Assembly: GCA_031413515.1 (NCBI GenBank)
Contig: JANOFF010000015.1
Coordinates: forward strand, 1,591-65,590
Direction of reading: 5' to 3'
DNA: 64,000 nt
Origin: a bacterium
Lineage (GTDB): Bacteria; Myxococcota_A; UBA9160; UBA4427
Below the pieces are notes generated by a model. The model saw only the letters and a program-made list of their open reading frames with translations. It was not told the origin of the DNA and did no database searches. Shown here in pieces: positions 10,078 through 17,096 of this stretch; positions within the stretch are counted from its first letter, which is position 1; the number at the start of each line of letters is the position of its first letter. The position numbers and the translations under genes were made by a program.

Positions 10078-11036
10078 GCCGCAGACTCCGGTCGGTCGGC
10101 GGTGGCGTGCCGTTCATGCAGCCGTGTGAAGAACGCTTCGAGGGTGTCGCGCTGCACGGCGGCACCGGCAATCCGCCAACCCGCGTCGCGGGCGACTTCG
10201 ATCGCGGCGGGCACCGGGTTCTGGCCGGCCGCGCAGTCGAGCTCGAAGCGCGAGTAGCCCGGGTTCTCGGCGTCGGGGCCGAGGGAGCGCGTCGCTTCGA
10301 TGCCCGGGAGCGCCGACAATCGCGTAGCCACCGACACCGGATCATTGGCGGCGAGCGAGAGCCGGACGGTGCGACTCGACAGCAGGTCGCTGATCCGGCC
10401 GTCCGCGGCGATCCGCCCCTGGATCAGCACCACCACGCGATCGCAGACGGCCTCGATCTCCTGGAGGATGTGGGTCGAGAGGATGATCGTCGTGCGCTCG
10501 GCGAGGCGGCGGATCAGCTCGCGGATCGACTGGATCTGGGCGGGATCGAGGCCGTTGGTGGGCTCGTCGAGCACCAGGACTTCCGGAGCATGCACGATCG
10601 CCTGGGCGAGTCCGACGCGCTGGCGATAGCCCTTCGAGAGCGTGTGGATCGGCGTGCCGAGCCGGTCCTCGAGGGCGGTGTCGTGGACTGCGCGCAGCAC
10701 GGCCGCGTCGATCCGATCGGCCGGCACACCGCGCAGCGCCGCCATCATCTGCAGATACTGCTGCACGGCGAGTTCGGGATAGAGGGGTGCGTTCTCCGGC
10801 AGGTATCCGATCTGGCGCTGGGCGGCCGCGCGATCGCGGGCGACGTCGATCCCGCCGACGCGAACCGAACCGCCGCTCGGCTCGAGGTAGCCGGTCAGCA
10901 GCTTCATGACGGTCGTCTTGCCCGCGCCGTTGTGGCCGAGCAGACCGACGACCTCGCCGCGCTCGATTTCGAGTGAGATCGAATCGACGGCTCGGACTTC
11001 GCCGTAGTTCCGGGTCAGATCGCGTATCGAGATCAT
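10074..11036 (-). CDS. ABC transporter ATP-binding protein (GldA-like)
   Basis: Walker A GHNGAGKTT, signature LSKGYRQRVG, Walker B LVLDEP, STH; start ATG 11036. Confidence 0.92.
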   Translation of the reverse strand: MISIRDLTRNYGEVRAVDSISLEIERGEVVGLLGHNGAGKTTVMKLLTGYLEPSGGSVRVGGIDVARDRAAAQRQIGYLPENAPLYPELAVQQYLQMMAALRGVPADRIDAAVLRAVHDTALEDRLGTPIHTLSKGYRQRVGLAQAIVHAPEVLVLDEPTNGLDPAQIQSIRELIRRLAERTTIILSTHILQEIEAVCDRVVVLIQGRIAADGRISDLLSSRTVRLSLAANDPVSVATRLSALPGIEATRSLGPDAENPGYSRFELDCAAGQNPVPAAIEVARDAGWRIAGAAVQRDTLEAFFTRLHERHATADRPESAA

Positions 11037-11261
11037 GCGGGAGGGGCAGGCTCCTCGGGTCCGACGCACGCGGAAGGCTCCGGCATGACGACCGGCGGGC
11101 GCATTGTATTGCGAACAACCATCGGGGCCGCAAGACACCGGGTCGTCGCCGTGGGTTCCGTCGGTCGGATGAAGTGCGGTTTCCGTCGGGCCGATCGGTA
11201 TGCTCGGCGCGACTGCGCGGGAACACACGCGACTCGACGGGCCATGGAGGAGACCACGCAG

Positions 11262-12032
11262 ATGGGCACCATCGCGATCAGTGGCTGTGCGACGGGGATC
11301 GGGGCCGCGACGCGCAAGCGTCTCGAATCCGACGGGCATCGGATCGTGGGCGTCGATTTGCGCGATGTCGAAGTGCCGGCGGATCTCGCGCACGCCGACG
11401 GGCGGGCTGCCGCGGTTCGAGGCGTGCTCGAGCAGTGCGAGGGGCGGCTCGACGGCGTGGTGCTGTGCGCGGGGCTCGGAGGCCACATCGGGGATGGCGC
11501 GCGTGTCGCGTCGGTCAACTATTTCGGCGTCGTCGAACTTCTCGATGGCCTGTTTCCCGCACTGCGCCGCGGCACCGACCCATCGGCGATCGCGATCTGC
11601 TCGAACAGCGCACAGCTTGCGACGTCGATCGGCGAGTCGTCGCTGGTGGCCGCTTTCCTCGCGGCTGACGAGGCCGAGGCCCGACGGCTGGCACGCGACG
11701 AATTCGCCGGTCAGTCCGTCTACATGATGAGCAAGAACGCGGTTGGCCGCGCCGTGCGTCGGCGGGCTCTGGCGTGGGGCGAAGCGGGAGTCCGGCTGAA
11801 CGCGGTGGCGCCCGGCCCGATCATGACGCCGCTGCTGCAAGCGGCGCTCGACACACCCGGTGATGGCGATGCGATCCGCGCCTTCAAGGTGCCGATCGGT
11901 CGCACGGGTCGCGCCGACGAGATCGCGGGCGTCGTCCGCTATCTGCTCGGCTCGGAGGCCGCCTATGTGCATGGCGCGATCTGGTATGTGGATGGCGGTG
12001 CCGATGCACTGATCCGACCGGATCGTTTCTGA
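11262..12032 (+). CDS. SDR oxidoreductase, 3-alpha-hydroxysteroid dehydrogenase-like
   Basis: ISGCATGIG, SVNYFG, YMMSK (YxxxK), VRLNAVAPG, VDGGADALIRPDRF; GGAGG RBS. Confidence 0.85.
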   Translation: MGTIAISGCATGIGAATRKRLESDGHRIVGVDLRDVEVPADLAHADGRAAAVRGVLEQCEGRLDGVVLCAGLGGHIGDGARVASVNYFGVVELLDGLFPALRRGTDPSAIAICSNSAQLATSIGESSLVAAFLAADEAEARRLARDEFAGQSVYMMSKNAVGRAVRRRALAWGEAGVRLNAVAPGPIMTPLLQAALDTPGDGDAIRAFKVPIGRTGRADEIAGVVRYLLGSEAAYVHGAIWYVDGGADALIRPDRF

Positions 12033-12041
12033 AGGCAGTGG

Positions 12042-12800
12042 CTAGACAATCTGCGGCAGGATCTCGCTGATCGAGCCGCGCAGCGAGAGATCAGCGAGGA
12101 AATCCATCTCGGTGGGCTCGCCGTTCAGGATCACGATGCGGGCGCCGCTGTCCTTCGCGATCGGCACCACGCCCGCGATCGGATAGACGCCGAGCGTCGT
12201 CCCGATCGCGAGCATCAGATCGCAGTGCCTCGCGGCCTGCTCGGCACGTCGGAGATCCTCGGCGACCAGTCCCTGGCCGAACGAGATGGTGGCCGACTTG
12301 AGGATGCCCCCGCAGTGGCGACACGGCGGATCCGCCTCGCCGGCGCGCACGCGATCGAGCGCACGCGCCATCGGCGCGCGCTCTGCGCAATCGAGACACA
12401 CGACTTCCCGGAGCGAGCCGTGGATCTCGACGATCCGCTCGGGCGAGTTGCCCGCCGTGTGGTGCAGGCCGTCGACGTTCTGCGTGAGCAGCGCCTCGAG
12501 GCGACCGCTCTGTTCGAGCTTCACCAGGGCCGCGTGTCCCGCGTTCGGCCTGCGCTCGCTGCGCGCACCCTCGAGCTTCATCTGCCAGGAGCGCTTGCGG
12601 ACCTCGGGATCGGCGACGTAGTGCGCAAGCGTCGCCATCTTCTCGGCCTCGGGATTGCGCGTCCAGAGTCCCTGCGGTCCACGGAAGTCGGCGATCCCCG
12701 AGTCGGTCGAGATGCCGGCGCCGGTCAGCACCGCGATGTGCTCGGCGGCGGCGATCCAGTGGCGTGCCTGCTCGATGTCGCGATCCAGATCGCTCGCCAA
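12042..12800 (-). CDS. cobB: NAD-dependent protein deacylase (sirtuin, CobB family)
   Basis: TGAGISTDSGIADFRG, TQNVDGLH, EIHGS, two CxxC zinc pairs, IGTTLGVYP; TTG start at 12800 with GAGGAGG RBS chosen. Confidence 0.88.
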   Translation of the reverse strand: MASDLDRDIEQARHWIAAAEHIAVLTGAGISTDSGIADFRGPQGLWTRNPEAEKMATLAHYVADPEVRKRSWQMKLEGARSERRPNAGHAALVKLEQSGRLEALLTQNVDGLHHTAGNSPERIVEIHGSLREVVCLDCAERAPMARALDRVRAGEADPPCRHCGGILKSATISFGQGLVAEDLRRAEQAARHCDLMLAIGTTLGVYPIAGVVPIAKDSGARIVILNGEPTEMDFLADLSLRGSISEILPQIV

Positions 12801-12921
12801 CCCGGCCTCCTCGCTCCGAGCCGATTCTGACGGCGGCGTCGCGGCCCGTAAAGCGGCTGGCCGCATCGCCGATCTGCCAGGCGGCGTCTCGAGGCTCGAA
12901 GGGCTCGCCATCGACCGGCGT

Positions 12922-12992
12922 CGAAAATTTTGTTCGAACAGCACAAAAACACCCGCATTTCGGTGCTTTCGGTCAATTCTAAACGCTGTTCT
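12922..12992. promoter_or_regulatory. AT-rich divergent regulatory region between the sirtuin and the Zorya-III-like operon
   Basis: Unusually A/T-rich for this window; palindrome TGTTCGAACA (12931-12940), GAACAGC...GCTGTTC inverted pair, TTTCGGT direct repeat. Confidence 0.45.
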
Positions 12993-13072
12993 GCACGCTG
13001 CCGAGCCTGGATGCCCGGGCGGCGTCTCGTAGTATGCGCCTGGTTTCGTGGGGGTGGGCACCGCAGCAGGTC

Positions 13073-13124
13073 GGTCGAGAGAACCGGTCGAGAGAATCGA
13101 TCGCCAGAACCGCTGGCCAGAATC
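13073..13124 (+). repeat. Four tandem degenerate 13-bp direct repeats
   Basis: GGTCGAGAGAACC / GGTCGAGAGAATC / GATCGCCAGAACC / GCTGGCCAGAATC, immediately upstream of a GGAG RBS and TTG at 13139. Confidence 0.75.
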
Positions 13125-13138
13125 GAGAGCGGAGCAGG

Positions 13139-14074
13139 TTGGAAGCGACAGCGACGGCCGGATCATCCAGGGCCCCGAAGAGCGACGAGATCCGTGCGGC
13201 CTGTCCGATCGCGGATGCTCTCGGGCCGATCCATCGCCAGCGTCCGGGAACGGACGCCGCCGCCGCCGAGACACGGCGCGTCGATGCGATAGAGACCCTC
13301 GCGACACTGCTCGATCTGACGGGCTCGATGACGCTCGCGGTGCAGCTCGAGTCGGCGGCGCGGCTCGAGCCCATCGCGCCTGCCACGCTGCTGCCGGCAA
13401 CGGATCTCGCCGCGCTGATCCGGGACCGCGCTGATCTGCTGGCCACCGCGGTCGACCGCCGGCTCGCTGAACTGCCGACCAGCCGATCCGCGATCTGGGG
13501 TGCGGCGCGCATGACCGACGAGATCACGAGCCGGGGTCTCGCCGGTGCGAAGCGTGGACGGGGCGCCGCGGCGCTGGCCCGCGAGTCCAGCGATTCGTAC
13601 GGGCTCGCGATTCGTGGACTGCTCGACCGGATCCGCGGCGATCTGCGCGGACTGCGCGCCGAACTCGGCCCGCGCCTCGCGCTGCGCGGTTCGCGCGTCG
13701 CACGCCTCGAGGCCTTCGATGCGCTGGTCGGCCGGGCGCGCGCGGCGGCCACCCATCGCCTGATCGGCCGCATCCCGTCGGCACTCATCGACGACTTCGG
13801 GCTGCGCCTCGAGCTGGCCCTGCAGGCGCTCGATGCGAGCCACGCGGGAGCGGCGATCGCGAGCTGGTACGGACCCGATGGATTCATCACGCAGTTCCAC
13901 GCGGATACTGGCCGCGTGGTGCGGGGCGTGTTCGAACACGATCGCATCGCGCTGCTGGAACTCGTCGCGGCGGCCCGGATTCTCGAATCCGATTCGTCGC
14001 CCGATCGAGCGTCCGACGCAGGCGCGTCGGGCGAGGCGACCCCACAGTCGGATTCAGGGAGGGCACGGCATTGA
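13139..14074 (+). CDS. DUF3348-like protein (Zorya type III ZorF-like)
   Basis: Segments TLATLLDLTGSMTLAVQL, LRGLRAELGPRLALRGSRVARLEAFDALVGRA, IPSALIDDF, GFITQFHADTGRVVRGVFEHDRIALLELVAA resemble the recalled DUF3348 consensus; first gene of a coupled triplet; start uncertain (ORF open from 13034). Confidence 0.6.
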   Translation: MEATATAGSSRAPKSDEIRAACPIADALGPIHRQRPGTDAAAAETRRVDAIETLATLLDLTGSMTLAVQLESAARLEPIAPATLLPATDLAALIRDRADLLATAVDRRLAELPTSRSAIWGAARMTDEITSRGLAGAKRGRGAAALARESSDSYGLAIRGLLDRIRGDLRGLRAELGPRLALRGSRVARLEAFDALVGRARAAATHRLIGRIPSALIDDFGLRLELALQALDASHAGAAIASWYGPDGFITQFHADTGRVVRGVFEHDRIALLELVAAARILESDSSPDRASDAGASGEATPQSDSGRARH

Positions 14075-15336
14075 ACACAGCCATGAAGCGATGGGTGGAC
14101 CAGCTCCGGGTTCGTGGACACGAGCAGTCCGACGCCGCCGCTCCGCTCGGCGAAGCCGTGCGCGGGCTGAACCAACTCGTCACGCAGGCTGAATCACTGC
14201 CCCGCGCCGCGGCGAGTCTCGAGCAGGCGAGCAATCGGATCGACCTGCTCGGCCACGACCTGGCGGTCGCCGTCGAGCGCGTGGCGGGCGAGGTCGTGGC
14301 GGTGATGCGCGACAACCTGCTCGAGCTGCGCGGAGACCTGAAGACAGCGGTCGAGCACACGGGTGTCGTCACGCGTCAGGTCGTCGTGCCGATCGTCGAG
14401 CAGGGTGTCGAGGCGAGCGTACGGATCGCGGGCGATCGGATCGAGGCGTTGGCGGGCACACTCCACGGATTCCTCGACACGCGGAGTGCCGCCGATACGG
14501 CTCTGCTCACGCAGTTCGAGGGCCGACTCGAAGGGCTCGTCCGGCAGCTCGGCGACGAGCAGCGCAGCGTGAGCGAGCGGATCGAACAGGGCGTGCGCGA
14601 GCGGACCGCCACGCTGCTCGAAAAACTCGACGCGACCGCACAGGCGCTCGCGCGGTCCACCGAGGCCCAGCAAGCCGCCATCGCGCTGGCGGTCGAATCG
14701 GCGGAGACCCGTGTCGCGCGGCTCGAGGTCGAGACCGGCCAGCGCCTGCACGCGCTGTTCGAGGCGCTGCGCGAAGGCGCCACGCGCCAGACCGAGTCCG
14801 CGGCTCGTTTCGAGACGACGCTGGTCGAGCGACATGGCGCGCAGGCGAGCGCGCTCGGTCAGGCCTTCGAGCGTCAGAGCAGCGAGCTGACCGCACAGCT
14901 CGTCGCTGCGGGGCGGCAGCTCGGCGAGGTCGCCGCGGTGGTCGCGGCGAGCGGAGCCGAGATGTCGGCGTTGACGGGGGCCTTCTCGCAGGCGGTGGAG
15001 CGACACCGTGAGGCGTCACTGAGCTGGTTGGAGCGACTCGGCGAGGTCGAGGGCGCGGTCGATCGCGCGGGACGGGGTGCGGCCGCCGAGGCACTCGGCG
15101 GGCAACTCGCCGCGACGGAGGAGGTGCTGGCGCGGCAGCTCGAGTTCCAGCGCGAGATGTTCGAGCAGCTCCGGGCGCTGCGCGCCGACTCGACGTTCGA
15201 GGTCGACAGCGACGCGGTCGTCAGCGATGTGCCCGACGAGGACGAGGTCACGCTCGACGGCGTCGATCCCGATGGGACGGAAGACGCCGGCTCTGAGCCC
15301 TGGAACGGAGCGCTGCAAGAGCCAGCGGATGTCTGA
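14071..15336 (+). CDS. DUF802/ZorA-type-III-like coiled-coil protein lacking the N-terminal transmembrane domain
   Basis: Long amphipathic helices; C-terminal EMSALTGAFSQAVE...LERLGEVEGAVDRA...QLEFQREMFEQLRAL matches the recalled DUF802-protein C-terminus; no hydrophobic TM segment; acidic tail; alternative ATG at 14083. Confidence 0.62.
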   Translation: MNTAMKRWVDQLRVRGHEQSDAAAPLGEAVRGLNQLVTQAESLPRAAASLEQASNRIDLLGHDLAVAVERVAGEVVAVMRDNLLELRGDLKTAVEHTGVVTRQVVVPIVEQGVEASVRIAGDRIEALAGTLHGFLDTRSAADTALLTQFEGRLEGLVRQLGDEQRSVSERIEQGVRERTATLLEKLDATAQALARSTEAQQAAIALAVESAETRVARLEVETGQRLHALFEALREGATRQTESAARFETTLVERHGAQASALGQAFERQSSELTAQLVAAGRQLGEVAAVVAASGAEMSALTGAFSQAVERHREASLSWLERLGEVEGAVDRAGRGAAAEALGGQLAATEEVLARQLEFQREMFEQLRALRADSTFEVDSDAVVSDVPDEDEVTLDGVDPDGTEDAGSEPWNGALQEPADV

Positions 15337-15946
15337 CATCGAAAGCCCGGATCGCGTCTGGCTGTCGACGCGGCTCGACGGACTCGAACGCAGCGGGGCG
15401 GACCGCTTCGATCCGGTCGGGGCCGAGTTCGTCGTCGATCTGCTCGCCCGGGGCGAGAGGCTCGGGGGGCGGGCGCGCGATCTGATCGAGGCCCGCGCGG
15501 CCGAGCATCTGACTCGCCTCGAGGACGCGCATCGCGGGGCCTGCGCGCGCGCTCGCGCGGCGCTCGAGGCGCTGGGTCCGGATGCGGTCGGGACGGCGGA
15601 AGTCGAAGCGTTGCAAGACTCGATCGATGCGGGCGATCCGCTGCCCGTCCTGCGGACTGCGCGGCGGTTGTCTGCATCGCCTCCCGTTCCGACGCAGACG
15701 CGCGATGCGAGCCACCGGCGCTATCGCGATGCGCTGGCCGATCTGCAGACCGCGCTCGCCTCGCGACCCGAGCGGAGTGCGGACCCGCAGACCGGTCTGC
15801 TCAATGGCACCCGGTTGGCGGAGCGGATCCTGGAAGAGGCCGAGGCGATCTCGCCGACCTGGCGGCGGAGCCTGGTGGCGAGTCTGTTCGATCTGGCAGC
15901 GTTGATGCACCTGCCCGAGACGCCCGCGCCTCGTCGACGACGCTAG
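15329..15946 (+). CDS. DUF2894-like protein (Zorya type III ZorG-like)
   Basis: LDGLERSGADRFDPVGAEFVVDLLARG...GRARDLIEAR and TGLLNGTRLAERILEEAEAISPTWRRSLVASLFDLAAL resemble the recalled DUF2894 motifs (GADRxDPV; GPLNS..L..SP.Y); 8-bp overlap with upstream gene. Confidence 0.68.
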   Translation: MSDIESPDRVWLSTRLDGLERSGADRFDPVGAEFVVDLLARGERLGGRARDLIEARAAEHLTRLEDAHRGACARARAALEALGPDAVGTAEVEALQDSIDAGDPLPVLRTARRLSASPPVPTQTRDASHRRYRDALADLQTALASRPERSADPQTGLLNGTRLAERILEEAEAISPTWRRSLVASLFDLAALMHLPETPAPRRRR

Positions 15947-15985
15947 GCCGGCATTCACGAGGCCGCGCCAGCGCGGCGCGACCGC

Positions 15986-17062
15986 TCAGCAGCAATCCGG
16001 TCCGGTGTGCTCGTGCTGGCCCGGGTGATCGTCGCGGTGATCGTGCCAATGGCCGCGTCCGCTGTAGGCACCGGACAGCGCGGCTGCGCGCAGCGTGCGC
16101 GCGGGGTCGATCACGCGCGGACCGTCGCGTTCGATGCGGATCGTGGCCCGTTGGCCGTCCCGCAGCGCGCGCTCGCGGTCGCCGTCGAAGGCGAGCAGCC
16201 CGGGGCCGCTGATCTCGATCCGCTCCCCGAGGGCGATGCGTCGCACCTCGGCGACGGCGACCGACCGATACAGGCCCGGCGAGATCGGGGCGAGCAACGA
16301 GCGCCCGCCGCCGTTTCGAGCGGTGCGGACCACGACCCCGAAGTCGTCGTCGACGCCGCAGGGTTCGAGCAGTCCACCGATCGACGACAGGCCGACCGCA
16401 GCGGGTTCAGCGCGGGCGAGCACCAGCGTGTGCATCAGTGCCGGATCGAAAGGCAGCAGGTTTCCGGTGCTGTCCCCCACCATGTGGGCCGCATCGATCA
16501 GCGCGAGGTCGGGCCTCTCTCCGTCGATCTCGATCCGCGCGACCTTGGTCCGCGAGGTCGCCACGTCGAGGGACACGACACCGGACGCGACGAGTCCCGC
16601 GGCGGCGCCCGCCACGGTGGCCTCGAGCATCATCGGAAAGACGTTGTTGGTGCCCGTCGAGAGCGGCAGGATCGGGGCATCGGGCCAGGTTGCGGCGACG
16701 ATCCGGCTCGTGCCGTCGCCGCCGAGCACGGCGAGGGCGCCGCAGCCGGCCTCGCGCATCAACTCGACGGCGGTCACGGTATCCCGCGGATGGCAGCTGG
16801 CCCCGATGTCGCGCAGATCGATCTCGAGATCGACACCGAGCGCTTCGACCGCGGCGTCGCCGATGCGGAAGGGATCTCTCACGAGCACGACGCGCCGGAC
16901 GCCGGCGGCCGCCGCACCGACCAGGATCCGCTCGACCTGATTGCGCTTGGATTCGGGGCTCGAACTCATGGCGCGCGCGAACAGGCGCCGCGCGTCGCGA
17001 CCCGACGAGGGATTGATCACGATGCCGAGCGCGCGGGCTCGAGTCGAGGTTTCGTTCTTCAC
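15986..17062 (-). CDS. ATP-NAD kinase family / AcoX-like protein with His/Cys-rich tail
   Basis: GIVINPSSGRDARRL, LGGDGT, STGTNNVFP, DGDRE motifs; GTG start at 17062. Confidence 0.8.
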   Translation of the reverse strand: MKNETSTRARALGIVINPSSGRDARRLFARAMSSSPESKRNQVERILVGAAAAGVRRVVLVRDPFRIGDAAVEALGVDLEIDLRDIGASCHPRDTVTAVELMREAGCGALAVLGGDGTSRIVAATWPDAPILPLSTGTNNVFPMMLEATVAGAAAGLVASGVVSLDVATSRTKVARIEIDGERPDLALIDAAHMVGDSTGNLLPFDPALMHTLVLARAEPAAVGLSSIGGLLEPCGVDDDFGVVVRTARNGGGRSLLAPISPGLYRSVAVAEVRRIALGERIEISGPGLLAFDGDRERALRDGQRATIRIERDGPRVIDPARTLRAAALSGAYSGRGHWHDHRDDHPGQHEHTGPDCC

Positions 17063-17096
17063 GGCGTCAGACGGTAGCGCCTCGCGGATCGAAACC

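Noticed and set aside
12042-12800. Sirtuin as a Sir2-type defence NADase (Thoeris/DSR-like) effector of the neighbouring operon
   Set aside because: It is a compact CobB-type deacylase with an intact zinc ribbon and no fused sensor domain, and it is transcribed away from the operon.
13073-13124. Possible mini-CRISPR array
   Set aside because: Units are 13 bp, adjacent with no spacers, and no cas genes are present.
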